Positions 35,849-49,080 of a DNA stretch of 64,000 nt are shown piece after piece (the first letter of the stretch is position 1; every line of letters starts with the position of its first letter). The notes under the pieces were generated by a model. That model saw only the letters and a program-made list of their open reading frames with translations. It made no database searches and was not told where the DNA came from. The DNA is from Octopus sinensis (Eukaryota). The stretch lies in NCBI RefSeq assembly GCF_006345805.1, contig NC_042997.1, forward strand, positions 19,220,001 to 19,284,000. Direction: 5' to 3'. Made by a program: the position numbers and the translations under genes.

Positions 35849-36627
35849 CATATATATACATATATATATATGTATATATACATACAATATATATATATAT
35901 ATACAATATATAATATATATATAATATATGTATTGATCTTTCTCTCTCTATTTACTGGTCTGTCGCACACATTCCTGATTGTAACCGCCCCATATACATT
36001 GCTTTTCTTGTTTATATGTCAGATATACGTGCATTACAATTGGGGATTTTTTTTTGTATATATTTTATGCGAGTATAAATGTATATTTGAATTTCTGGCA
36101 AAGTTTATCTCTTCTACAATTGTATATGTATAAGGCTGACCATATCTTTATTTCCTGCCATACTATATTATCTGCGCTCCCTTCTCTATCACTTACAAAG
36201 TTCCGTCTGTCATTCTAAAAGGATCATTTCCCTTTGGAAGTGGTGTGTGACTGTGGCATAGTATTGTAATAACCTCAATTCTCAACCTCTCTCTTTCCCC
36301 TTCTCTCTCCCTCCCTCCCTCTCTCTCTCTCTCTCTCTCTTTCTCTGTTTCTCTCCAATGATTTTATTTCTTGTGGCTCTCTAATATATCATATATTTCA
36401 ATATTATAATGTCTGCTTTACTCCCTATTCATTTCTGGCTATTTGCAATCAATCAGTCTATCTATCTGTCTGTCTGTCTTTGTATCTATCTATCTATATG
36501 TGTGAGTGTGTGTGTGTATATATACACACACACACACCTGTGTCCGTCTACCTGTCTTCCCCTTTTTCTGTTGCTGTCTCTATCTCTCTTTCTCTTTGTT
36601 TCTGTCGCTCTATGTATATGTATATAT

Positions 36628-36661
<34 letters not shown>

Positions 36662-36693
36662 CAATTTATATACATACACACACATATCTTTAT

Positions 36694-36749
<56 letters not shown>

Positions 36750-36760
36750 TGTGGCTGTGA
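35325..36760. repeat. (TA)n/(TAGA)n/(CT)n compound microsatellite blocks
   Basis: Read directly. Confidence 0.9.
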
Positions 36761-38059
36761 CATGTAGCTGTAGCTCTTGATATATATGCATACACATGTT
36801 GTGTGTGTATGTGCATTTATTGTTGTCATGCACATTCTTGGCCATGATTTCCTTGCATGCTCCTGGTTATATATGTTTTACATATAGATCTAGTTATATA
36901 TTTACTCTCTCTCTCTCACTCTCTTACTCATTTTTTCACTCTCACTCTTGCTCTCTTTCTCTCTCTATCTCTACTGATGCCATATATGGAGTTTTGATAC
37001 CCACCTTTCTCCTGTTACCTATCAGTATCATTCCTACTTAGCAATCTCCCTTCCATTAAAGAAAGCTGATGTAATCTAAGAATATCTCCTCTAAATCATC
37101 CTTCCATGACCAAAAGCCCTCATAGCAGAGATGTGGCACTTCAGTTAGTGTAAATGTAACCTGTCTTGGAAGATGAAGAATGTAAATAAACCCTTCATCA
37201 TGAGAAAGTATACAACAAAAAGATATGAACAAATGAAGCAAGTCTTTTTTTCTACTGTAAAAGAGTGACTTGTCTATGAGGATCAAGCTTCTTGTGTGGC
37301 ACAGGGAGTGACTTGTCTGAAAGAATATTTCTATAGAATGAAAAGGGTTCTTTAACATGCAAGACACTTTTTCTGTTGCTGGATCAATGCTAAATATACT
37401 TTTCAGGCTATTCTGTCATTGGCTGAAATAAGAAAGATATCTTATCACAAAATCCTAGACAAGTTAACAAAAAAGTAGGGCACTTATTTATTTTATTTTA
37501 TAGAACCTTTTGTGAAAAATACCATTGGTGGTTACTGATTTCCAGTAGGCCAGTCACTGGTTCACTGCTTTCTCCATGGTAAAACTGACAAGGGAATGTC
37601 TAGTCAACTCAGGTGGAACAAATACTGCAGACAATTTTGGTTTGAAACTATTGGCTTATTGGCTAATGCTTATATCTTTCATCAACAAATGTCAGCAAAA
37701 TACATACACATAACATGGGTTTCTACATGCAAGATATTGGTCAACTGAAGGGTATATATTTGAACATTAATAATCAAATACATCAACAGAAGTAATTCAT
37801 GTTGTGATAAAACTACAAAAAAAGAATGAGTAGAATCAGATGTAGGCACCTTTTATCAGTCACCAAGACTTAAGCAAACCCACTTTTTGTAGCAACAAGT
37901 GTTTTCTTTTTTTTTTTTTCTTTCAGATTCAAAGATTTAATGAAGGACAAGTCTGGCAAAGTTAAAATACATAAGTGGAGAACAGTTGTTGTGTGCTGCA
38001 TGAATATAAGAGGAGTTTTAAATACACTCCTTACAAATATCATAGACATGCAACATAAA

Positions 38060-38520
38060 CACATCATCATTGTTTAACGTCCGTTTGCTGTGCTAGCACA
38101 GGTTGGACGGTTCGACCGGTGTCTGGGAAGCCAGGAGGCTGCACCAGGCTCCAGTCTGATCTGGCAGTGTTTCTACAGTGGGATGCCCTTCCTAATGCCA
38201 ACCACTCCGTGAGTGTAGTTGGTGCTTTTTATGTGCCAGGGAAGGCTGGCAGCAGCTATGATCAGTTGGTGCGTTTTACATGCCACCGGCACAGAAGCCA
38301 GTCAAGGTGGTGCTGGCAATGGCCACGTTTGGATGGTGCTTTTTACGTTTCACCGGCACGGGTATCACAACTACAATTTCCATTTGATATTTATTTTGAT
38401 GTTGATATACTTTACTCAATAGGTCTCCTCAAGTACAGCAGGTCACCCTACGATCCAAGGTAAGCACAGCAGGTTGTTCTGCAATCCAAGGTACTTTGGA
38501 TGGGCTAGGGCTATGCGAAA
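38060..38520 (-). mobile_element. RTE 3' UTR/tail copy
   Basis: (CAT)nTGTTTAACGTCC...GGATGCCCTTCCTAATGCCAACCACTCCG plus UTR units. Confidence 0.85.
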
Positions 38521-39509
38521 CTGGTGAAGGAAACAGCCATGAACTCACATCATATCAAATTTATTCTGCTTCTAAGAACAAAGTTCCCAAAAACATTCTA
38601 CAATGAAAGCTTACCAAAACAGTTTTCTTCAAAGGAATGAAGATATATTTTTTCTGTAATATCAATGATATCAACATGTTTATCTCACCTTCTCTCATTA
38701 TGAACACTGCATAATTAAAACCTACTACATTTCTAAAGATGACAATCTTCATAAACATTGATGCATTGAAAACTTATATGATACTTCCAAAGCTGCATTC
38801 CTAAGACAAGCTTTCCTTTTTCAGATCAGAAAATACTTCTGCATGAACAGTCTCTGATCCTCTTCAAAATCCAAGAAAGCACTCTATTTCTGACTGATCT
38901 AGCACTGAGGATCTAATATTGCAGTTACACACAAAAATAGAAGGAAAGAAGTAATCCTAGACCACATCCAACAGAAGACCAATTAGCTGATTTGCAAGAT
39001 TTAATTACTGACATACCAGAAAATGTAGACTACAAATGTGTTTTTGTGTAATTGTTTTCTCTATCACTGCTGTAAAATCTTCTCTTCTGAACAATCATGC
39101 TGCTTATGACTTACATCTAAGACCTCCTAGAGCATCCACCAATCTTCTTCCCAACCTCACTTCTTTGTCTCACTTCCCAAGCATTGTACTAAAGCGTAAA
39201 TTTCCTAATTCTTAACCATTTATTTCTACCAAACTTATAATTGAATAAAATAAAGCAAGTATAGTTTAGGGCCCCACTTCAAGAAAGTCCCACTTTTAGC
39301 TTGTTACAAATTCCACATGCATAATGTCACAACTCTCATATTTGACCCATGTTAACTTTCAAGTATCATGTGATATATTAGAAAGTTATAAGAATGCTGC
39401 TCTCCTCATTTTATCTCAGATAAGGAATAGCAGGATGGCACAATATTTTATACTATGTCAATCTAAATGGGATCTCATCACATCCAATGAATTTGATCTG
39501 TAGTTATAT

Positions 39510-40539
39510 TTGAGGCGGTACCAAAAAATTCCTGGACTAGTTCTGTAGCACACCAACAGATGGCAACACATTGTTGCATGTGCAGTGAGAGCTAGCAGTG
39601 ATCTTCATGAGGCAGTGTGCTGAGTGATATTGCTGTGTTTACTTTGCAAGTTGTGAAATATGTGTTTTGTGATCACATGTATGCTGTAGTCTGTAATTTT
39701 ATCATGGAAAGCAAGTTGGAACAAAGAGCCAATGTGAAACTTTGCACTAAACATAACAAGTCTGCTACAGCAATGAAGCAATGGGTCGTATGTAATGTTT
39801 TGAGTGGCATGAGCACTTCAAAAGCAGAAGAACATCCCTGGAAGACGATTTTGGTTTTAAACTATTGGCTTATTGGCTAATGCTTATATCCTTCACCAAC
39901 AAATGTCAGCAAAATACATGCACATAACATGGGTTTCTACATGCAAGATATTGGTCAACCCAAGGGTATATATTTGAACATTAATAATCAAATACATCAA
40001 CAAAAGTAAGACCTGCTATAAGTGTCACCCCAAGAAATGTGGAGAAAATTCCTTGGCCTGTGCAAGAGGATCGTCAGAGGACGATTAAGGATGTGTTGAA
40101 GTGTTTGTGGGGGAATATTCAAGGAAAACGATTGGATTTGTGGAGTGAGAAGAATTGGATTCTTCATGACAACAATGCACCCTATCATTGAGCTCTTTCC
40201 ACTCATGAGTTTCACACCAAAATCAAAATGGTATCACTTCTGCACCCACTCTATTCACCAGATTTTGCACTGCAGGCTTCCATCTCTTCCTTGAGAGGAA
40301 AATGTAGCTCAAAATCACCGTTTTCACACCATTGTTGAAATCTAAAGTGAGTTGCAGAAGATCCTTGACTTGCTTACAGATAATGACTTCCAGGCTGGAT
40401 TCCAAAAGTGGCAGGAATGCTGGAACTGATGTATTGCTGCACAAGGTGATTATTCTGAAGGAGTTGTTGTTAAAACTTAAGTAAGTAAATTAATTTTCAT
40501 TAAACATAAGTAGTCCGGGAATTTTTTAATACCAACTTG
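39510..40539 (+). mobile_element. Mariner-family transposon with both TIRs, internally deleted and carrying a 166 bp foreign insert
   Basis: TIRs GAGGCGGTACCAAAAAATTCCTGGACTA / TAGTCCGGGAATTTTTTAATACCAACTTG|TA. Translation gives MESKLEQRANVKLC...SLEDD|insert|RPAISVTPRNVEK...WILHDNNAPYH...HPLYSPDFA. Confidence 0.85.
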
Positions 40540-40576
40540 TAATTTCTGCCAGACTTGATCTGTTCACATGGGCTCA

Positions 40577-40811
40577 CCTATTTCTTTACTACCCACAAGG
40601 GGCTAAACACAGAGGGGACAAACAAGGACAGACAAACGGATCAAGTCGAATATATTGACCCCAGTGCGTAACTGGTACTTATTTAATCGACCCCGAAAGG
40701 ATGAAAGGCAAAGTCGACCTCGGTGGAATTTGAACTCTGAACGTAGTGGCAGACGAAATACCGCAAAGCATTTCGCCCGGCGTGCTAATGTTTCTGCCAG
40801 CTCGCCGCCTT
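40577..40811 (-). mobile_element. Young, full-length tRNA-derived SINE (9901 family) with a 10 bp TSD
   Basis: TSD CATGGGCTCA at 40567-40576 and 40812-40821; CpG-rich intact head. Confidence 0.9.
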
Positions 40812-41889
40812 CATGGGCTCATCAATAAGTCAACGTCCTCAACAAAATATGAACAGAGTGTGTTGTTACAACACTTTAACCATTTTGTTTCTGCACCAGT
40901 ATTTTACAAATTTCATTCAGCAACATAATAATTTGTGAGTAATAAATAAGTATAAGCTACTAATACTGTTATAGTCATTGTGAAGTAACATCAAAAGGAG
41001 TTTTGTTGGTTACTGAGTGCTAATAGAATATACTGGACTTCGATAGTTGTCTGCTTGGTTCAATGGCTTAATATTTCTCAGTGTGAAGTCTGGAAAAATT
41101 TACTCCAACTTTTACCTCCTGCTATGATTATTGATAAATACATAAGCAAAATGATAACTGGTGCATTACAATATTTAGGTGTCCATTTGCACCAAAGGTA
41201 GACTGTAACAAGAACTGATCATTGGAATGGAGAGGAACCAACCCAATAATTCCACATCAAATACATTCCTTACCAATGATGTATTCATTATTCATTTGTC
41301 AAAGAATTTATGTCTATAAAATCATAGTAAAATATTCTTTTTTCTATTTTTACTGTTTCCACTCATTCAGCTGTGTTCAGACTGTGACATCATCTTTAAA
41401 TGTTTCATTGGTGATGTGATCTCTATTTATCAAACCATAAGTTACAGGTTATAATATGACACAAGCAATAAAATAGACATACATACGTATGCATAAATAA
41501 ATACAATGGGATTGTGCACAGATTTGGTCTATTATATTACACTCACAAGGTACTCGTTAACCTAAGTTGCAGTAATTGTCACCTCCCCAGAGTTCTGCGC
41601 ATTGAAATCAAACAAGAAAATTTGAATTTGTGATCCTGATCATGCTAGAAAACCAAATAAATGTGTGTGTGTGTGTGTGGATGGATGCCCACCTATTGGA
41701 ACATGGGGTAAAGGTGGGCATGTAAGAAGTTCAGGGAGAGAAAGCTGCACTAGAACTTGGTTGATACTCTTTTCAGCTGGATATACTGGAGAAATGCTCA
41801 AGTACACCACAACACACCTGGTCCAGAAATCAAACTTATACCCTCATAATCACGAGCCCAACACCCTATCCATTAGGCTACGCACCTCC

Positions 41890-41950
<61 letters not shown>

Positions 41951-42892
41951 AATACACATCATCATCATCGTCATTTTACAGCCATTTTCCAAGCTGGCAT
42001 GAATAGGGTGGTTTGGCAAGAATCAAAGGTGTGGAAGACTGTCTTTCTCCTATATCCTTTTTTTTAGCATGCTTTCTATGGATGGATGCCTTCCTAACAT
42101 GACCTACTTTACAGAATGTCCTAGAGACATTTTTTCATGACACAGATATTATAGAGGTTGCCTTGCTATGAAGAATACTAAAGAAGTCTCTCAAGTGCTG
42201 TGGTATCACTTACACAAATCAATTACAATTCACTTGTGGAATGTTCTGGATGTCTTTTTTTTTTGTGGAACAGTATTGTTGGGATCACTTTGTAGCCTGC
42301 AAAGCAAAAAGGATCCTCCATGAACGATGGAATGGATTTATTGTGAGAGGATGGTAACAAAGAATAATAGAAGGTAAAGTGTTGGGGTGGGAGTAATGTA
42401 GGAGACAATGGGGAGTGTGAGAGGAAGAGTAATGTCAGGAGTAATGTGAGAAGGAGAAGGGGTGCAAAATGGAAATGCTAAAGGGGTTGATCAAGTAGGT
42501 GGATCCAGTGATGGGGTTTGTCAGTTCACCTGCCATGCCAGCATGGTTTCGGCAGTTTGTCAGGGCCAAAGACAGTTTTTATTGGAGTTATGAAAGATGC
42601 GGGTTGGAGAGAAACTAACAGAGCAAGTACCACTACCCTGACTGAAAAGAAAATAGGAGGAAAGTTGGCAGGGTATCTGTGGTGGGAGTATGGAGAAGAG
42701 AGAGATTCAACATGCATAAATCAGGTACTTGCTCCTCAGTTATGGGTGATGTAATACAGTGAGGAGAAGAGATGACAGGGAGAAAAGAGAGTACAGAATA
42801 GGGACAGTGATTTGGAGAATAGTCAATGGGAATATGTAAATGAATATAGTAGACATTGAGGAAACATGCACATAATAGACAAAGAAGGAGTG

Positions 42893-42943
42893 GATGTACT
42901 ATCACCAGATGTACTATCACCAGATGTACTATCACCAGATGTA
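42893..42943. repeat. Perfect 15 bp tandem repeat GATGTACTATCACCA, 3.4 copies
   Basis: Read directly. Confidence 0.95.
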
Positions 42944-42968
42944 AAACTTTAGATAATTTTTCATCACC

Positions 42969-43370
42969 TCAAATCAAATCTTCCTCTTCTAAAGATACTA
43001 TTCTGTTTGAGCACTTAATACTTGCTTGTGCAACTGTCTTCCTCCATTGCATAACATTTCCATATCTGTGCAGTGTTCTCTCTTGCATACCACATCTGAT
43101 TCCTATTATACCCAGTTCGTCTTCCAGTTCATTTTTTACCCTGTCATTTGTGCACACTAATATGGAACATCCAGTGAAGCATGATTGCCTCATTTCTTTG
43201 TAGCCTTTGCATGTCTTCAACAGAAGGCCTAAGTCTTGCAACAATGCACTTTGCACACAAACATCATACAGTCTGACTTTCATCTGACAGGATAAGCCAT
43301 TTGTTTGCAACTGAAAAAACAGCACTCTGAACATTCTCCAACCCATTCTTACTCTTACTACCACACTTTT
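42969..43370 (-). mobile_element. Degenerate RTE LINE ORF fragment
   Basis: RVRMGWRMFR...GLS..MKVRLYDVCVQSALL...LGIIGIRCGMQER.LHRYG.V. Confidence 0.8.
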
Positions 43371-43732
43371 GGAACATCTCTCCCTATGCTTAATTTGGTC
43401 CTCTAGGTGGGAAAAGTCAGCACCACCTACTTGAAGGAAGCGTCCTTAGAATTTGAGAGATTCTATTTTCTGAATACGCTTAGCACTTATTGTCCCTGTG
43501 CACTTGCTGCATCTGGATCTACATTTTATATTAACCACTACACTACACTTTTTGTGTGCTTATCATATATCCACAACGGTCACACTTTATAGAATTTCTA
43601 CTGGATCCTCTTCTACAGACAGAGCACAGCTATTTACTTGATCTTCAAAATCTCTTGTTTTCCTTGGTTAATTACTAGAACTTCTTGCTTCCATGTCTGT
43701 AATTTCAAATTCAGTTCTACATATCTTACTAT

Positions 43733-43915
43733 ATGAGGTGTTATCAAAAGGTTCCTAGACTAGTTATGCTTAATAAAAACTAACTTAATTATCTAAGTTT
43801 TAACATCATCCCCTTCGAAATAGTCACATTGCACAGCAGTACACTGGTCCCAGCTTTCCTGCAATTTTTAGAATCCCACCTGGAAGTTGTATCTGTGAGT
43901 CAAGAACCTTCTGCA
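43733..43915 (-). mobile_element. 3' end of a mariner related to 39510-40539
   Basis: The reverse complement aligns with 40355-40539, including the TIR (TATGAGGTGTTATCAAAAGGTTCCTAGACTA). Confidence 0.75.
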
Positions 43916-44571
43916 ATTTTATATGAGTGTGTATGTGTGCACGTGTGTGTGTGTGTGTGTGCGTGTATGCTCAATACAATTCTTTAGAGCATGGTTTTTA
44001 CTAAAACTGAATCTGAGAAGTTGTCTCACAAAATGATTTTCATGTTACTGCAATCTTCAGTGGCTTTTGAAACATATGTTGTGAGACAACCTCTCTGCTT
44101 CAGCTTTAATAAAGGCATGCTCTCTAGAATTGTATTGAGCACGTTTTTAGATTTGTCTCACATTAAGCAATGTACATGTATATATACACTATATATCATC
44201 ATCACCCTCATCATCATCATTTAATGTCCATTTTACATGCTGGCATGGATTGGACAGTTTGACAGCATCTGGTCAGCTGTTCAGACTCTGTTTTGGCATG
44301 ATTTCTATGGCTGGATGCCATTATATATATGTGTGTGTGTGTGTATGTATCTAAACTTTTTACAAGAACACTTCAAAAATATTTTTTTTTCTGCAAAGGT
44401 AAAAAATTCCTTTGGCTATGATTTTCTATAAAAGAAAATATTATTCCCATTTTAGTATAACATTTATTCTAAACGTATACCATTATGATAAAAGTCAGCT
44501 ATGGGTTAGAGGAGTTTTTATGTAGTAGTTTATCCTGACTGAACTGATTGTTAATTCAACTTTCCTGTAAG

Positions 44572-44637
44572 GTCTAGCAGTCCAAGATCTGGTTAGAACA
44601 TTCCACCTGTATTTCCGTCAGCCTATCTATTCCACAG
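44572..44637 (+). CDS. Candidate internal coding exon (phase 1-1, 66 nt): (G)LAVQDLVRTFHLYFRQPIYST; product unknown
   Basis: Acceptor CTTTCCTGTAAG| and donor CAG|GTATGC, locally raised GC and an open frame. I did not recognise any homology. Confidence 0.35.
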
Positions 44638-44991
44638 GTATGCTACATCAGTTACAGATATGACAATTTTTCCATGCAGTATTCATTTGACATTCATATC
44701 ACAATCTTATATATATAATTTTTTTAGGTGAACTGACATAACCAAATAAATGCCTAATAATATGCAACATACACACATCAAAGGATTAATGTACGAAGAC
44801 ATAGATGTAACAAATTTCAGGGAAAGATAATATAAGGATCTTAAGGTAGACAGATTTGAAATAGAAAATTATTGGAAAAGATATTTATTACATGCTTCTG
44901 TTTCGTAAAATTTTAGAAAAGGTGCCATTATTACTGAAGTAACACTTGCCAAAGTTTCCTTACTTTCACATCTCGTCATTTTTATGGTTTG

Positions 44992-45026
<35 letters not shown>

Positions 45027-46399
45027 GTGTGTTACATAATATATGTATGCAAAGTTAATAGGAATTGCTTGTATTGAAGGACAAAGAAAAATAGATATTT
45101 CATACATATACACATCTAACAAAATATAGAAACGTATTGATCAGGAGAGTAAAAATAAGCAACTTGTGTTAAAAATTTTATTTTCCATGAGTTAGAATAA
45201 AAAAAATTGCGTAAAGAAAAGTCTTGAATCTTATTATATATATATTAGATTTTGCTCCTAGTAAAGAAAAAAAGATAGTCATAATGTCGCAAATATCTGA
45301 CCCGTGAAATATAAAGGGAAAAGAAGTTTTCAGAAAATCATTCTGTTATTTTTTTTGTTTTTATATTTTTGTTAAAAAATGTTTAACAATAAGATTTATT
45401 ATTCTACTTCTATTTTCATATATTCAAAAAGTTATCATTTGAGGAGAAAAATAAAAGATTTATCATTTGATATTTAGCAAAAATAATAACTTTTATTGCA
45501 ATGGTATATATTTGAAATAAATGTTATACTCAAATGGAAATCTATGTTTTTTGTAGAAAATTATAGCCTAAGGAATTTTTGTCCTTGGAGCAAAAGAAAT
45601 ATTTTTGAAGCATTCTTGTGAAAAGTTAAAAAATGAAAAAAGGAAAAATAACAGGACACTTGAAATCGTTTATATCATTCATTTCAAGAAGAGCAATAAA
45701 CTTTGAAATATAAAATGTTGAATGATTAAAAGACATATACTTCAGTGAATTAGCAGCAATGGTTGTTATCAAATTTCTGCATAGAAAACGTATAGTAGAA
45801 AGTTAACTGAACACAAAGTGTTGAGATCAAACTTTTCTTAAAGCTATTTCATAGTCATCCTTTTGAGAGTTTTATTATTTCAGCATACCTATCCTAAAAC
45901 TGACACCCCTTTCATTTCAAAAAAAGATGGTTAGTGGTAAGAATTCGTTACGAATTATGTAGACAAAGAACTCCTATCCTAACAGTCAAGAATTAAAAAA
46001 ATGGAAGTATAAATGGAAAATATTTCCAAAATTATTTCATCTTCATCAACTTGTTTTCAAGTATCATAAATATACTTAATATCATTCATATTGTAAAAGT
46101 TGTCATTGAAATTGTTATCACCAAGGGTTATGATTATGGTTTTTATTATGACCATCAAAATATCCATCGTGCAGTTACCATCATCAATACATTTTATTTC
46201 TATCCTGGTAAGTAGGCTAAGACAAAATGTTCACCTGATGCCTCTAACTCTCATTGTGAGTTAGAACGTTTCATATACTGATCAGGTTTCTTTGATCACA
46301 GTAGTATTTGCTTGTGTCAATTGCACCTATTGGAGTAGCTGTTTGTGATTTTTTTCTATAATAATCAGATAATAAACAGATATAAAAAAAAAAAAAAAA

Positions 46400-46950
46400 A
46401 ATCCTTAAAAATGTTTTAGCCCGAAGGCCGCAGCCATGCTGGGGCACCACCGCTGAATGAGCTACACTAGTTTGTGAATCCACCTCTGATACGTGGCACT
46501 TGATCAACAAGGGAGTTCGATGCTGCTGCCCGCATCCCTGTCTCCTGTCGTGAGGTAGGTTCATCTGGGACTCCCAACAAGAAGAGATCCAGTTTAGTTT
46601 TAAAGAAACCCACATCCACACCGTGTAAGTCTCTCAGGCATTTAGGGAGGATGTTAAAGAGCTGTGGTCCTCTGAAACCCAAGCTGTTGCAGTATCTGGA
46701 CCTGTATTTTGATGGTGATGTTGGAATCCTTGGCACCACGCAGCGGCGCCCCGTTCTGCGGTTGGAGTAACTTTGAATGCCAAAGTTTGGGACAAGACCC
46801 TCCAGGATTTTCCAGATGTATATCACTGCATATCTCTCCCGCCTCCGCTCCAGGGAGAAGAGGTTTAATACCTTCAGTCTTTCCCAGTAGCTGACATTTT
46901 GCATTGAGACGATTTTCTTTGTGTAGCTTCTCTGAGTTGCTTCGAGTTCT
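46400..46950 (-). mobile_element. CR1/L2-group (Jockey-like) LINE 3' end, 5' truncated
   Basis: AELEATQRSYTKKIVSMQNVSYWERLKVLNLFSLERRRERY...GPQLFNILP...FKTKLDLFL..VPDEP, followed by a short 3' UTR stem-loop. Confidence 0.9.
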
Positions 46951-47869
46951 GCTGTTTGTTTATAAACATATATATAAACATATATTCATAAACAATTGTA
47001 TGTTTGTATTTGTTTACATGTATGAGACAAAAAAAGACACAGATGTGCTTTATTTTGGTAGAAATTGATATAGCTACCCTCCTTCTCCCCCACCACTAGT
47101 TTCCAGTGACAAACAAGGTCCAGTTACCATTAGTCAAGCATAGTAAGTTGTAATTGTAATTAAACACTAAACCTCTACCTACGTCATGGAGACAATACCA
47201 TACCCAAATTGAGAGCAGAGAGGAATTTTTATCCCTTGCAGCTATACTATTGATGTAAGCTCCAATAGAAGTTAATTGTTGCTTCCTTCCATCAGTCTTT
47301 AAGATAGAGAAGTCATAGTGAAGGCAGTTATTCTGACCCAATGATGCAATATACATAACTATTGTGAAGGGCAGTAAATTCAAAGAAAACTCATTTAGGA
47401 TAGAAGAGATTCTTTAGTTCTGTTACAGATATCCAATTTAGTGCCTGTGGCATGGTGAATTGCTCCAAGTCTATGCTGTAAACTAGTTGGCAATAGGAAG
47501 TGTATCGAGCTGTGAAAATCATGAGAATAAAGCAAGAATAAATAAAAGTGATATGCATCCTGCAAACTGGTGTGCTGGCAAGGCTTCTAAGTGGATGGTA
47601 AATCTGAATAAAAACTGATGCAGAGTTAAACCAGACCCTTTTAATCCTGTGACAGACAACTTCTCTATAATACGGGTGCCATGATAAAATACATACTGTC
47701 CATGCAGTAAAATATTATGTAAACTTTATGATGATACATAACTAAATATATATGCATCAGAGTTGGACATATGTGTAATCATATACAGTAAATGTGAGGT
47801 ATTCAAGTAGGTAATGTATTGAATAGCCTATTAATGAGTCATAAAATTAAATCTGCTACTCCTGTCTTG

Positions 47870-48198
47870 TGTGTGTGCAGGTGTAATGGCCCAGTGGTTA
47901 GGGCAGCGGACTCGCGGTCGGAGGATCGTGGTTTCGATTCCTAGACCGGGTGTTGTGTGTGTTTCTTGAACGAAAACACCTAAAAGCTCCACAAGGCTCT
48001 GGCAGGGGGGTGGGGGTGGCGACCCCTGTTATACTGTTTTGCCACAACTTTCTCTCACTCTCTCTTCCAGTTTCTTGAGTAATGCTGCAATGGACTGGCG
48101 TCCCGTCCAGCTGGTGGCAGGGGAATACATAAGCCATAGAAACCGAGAAACTGGGCTGATGAGCCAGGCTAGGCTTGAAAAGGGCGACGTTTATCATT
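47870..48198 (+). mobile_element. Full-length tRNA-derived SINE with a CORE-like centre and a 13 bp TSD
   Basis: Head TAATGGCCCAGTGGTTAGGGCAGCGGACTCGCGG...GGTTTCGATTCC; TSD TACTCCTGT(C/T)TTG at 47857-47869 and 48199-48211. Confidence 0.9.
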
Positions 48199-48278
48199 TA
48201 CTCCTGTTTTGCAATGTTCACATGAGTTGAACACTGCTGTAATTTGTCTCAATTCAGTTAGTCGTTGCATATATCTAG

Positions 48279-48370
48279 TTGATGATTCACACCCAGATGG
48301 GTCTATGAATAATTTTGGGCCACCTTCTCATGGAATTCAGAGTCCAGTTCTGACATTGGACAGCATGTAA
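48279..48370 (+). CDS. Candidate terminal coding exon (V)DDSHPDGSMNNFGPPSHGIQSPVLTLDSM*; product unknown
   Basis: Acceptor ATATCTAG|, 30-codon open frame with protein-like composition, phase-compatible with 44572-44637. Weak. Confidence 0.25.
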
Positions 48371-48760
48371 TAATTAGTGTACAACAGCAAATTCTATCAA
48401 ATTTGTTGTAGATACCTTTTTCAAGTATACTATAACCACTAGGTTTTATATCCTGAACTGTCTTTAAAGAAGATGCCTTTAGGATTCTCAGTTGTTGTCT
48501 CTAAAATAAATATACCTTGAAACAACAGGATCAGTCAATTAAATTGACCTCTGTACTTTACTAGCACTTTATTTTATCAACCCCAGAAGGGCGAAGGCAA
48601 AGTTGTCCTTGCTTGGATTTGAATTCAGATTGTAAAATTCTAGAGTAAATCTTATATGACATTTTATCTGATGTTTCAACAATTCTATCAGACCAGTGTA
48701 CATTAAGTGAGTATTTGCGGTTATAAACAGTTCTTGCCATTCATCTACATGATCATGCAT

Positions 48761-49080
48761 TTTTCTTTTTTTTATGTACCCTTTTCAAGCCTAGCCAATC
48801 TCATGATCCTGGTTTCCTAGTTTCTATGGCGTATGTGTCCCCCCAGCTGGATGGGATGCCAATCCATTGCAGCATTACTAGAGAAACAGGAAGAAAGAGT
48901 GAGAGAAAGTTGGTGAGAGAAAGTTGAGTACAACAGGGGTTGCCACCACCCCTGCCGAAGCCTTGGGAAGCTTTTAGGTGTTTTCACTCAATAAACACAC
49001 ACAACGCCCGGTCTGGGAATCGAAACTGCAATCCTCCGACCACGAGTCCGCTGCCCTAACCACTGGGCCATTACGCCTCC
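48761..49080 (-). mobile_element. Second full-length copy of the 47870 SINE family, inverted, with a 14 bp TSD
   Basis: TSD ACATGATCATGCAT at 48747-48760 and 49081-49094; A-rich tail on the minus strand. Confidence 0.9.

Noticed and set aside
37056-37367. 103 aa minus-strand ORF ending GFWSWKDDLEEIFLDYISFL
   Set aside because: No recognisable domain or splice signals, so it cannot be called coding from sequence alone.
47877-47950. tRNA-like sequences here and at 9901, 15929-15988, 40740-40811 and 49010-49080
   Set aside because: No complete cloverleaf or acceptor stem; they continue into SINE bodies and several have TSDs, so they are SINE heads rather than tRNA genes.
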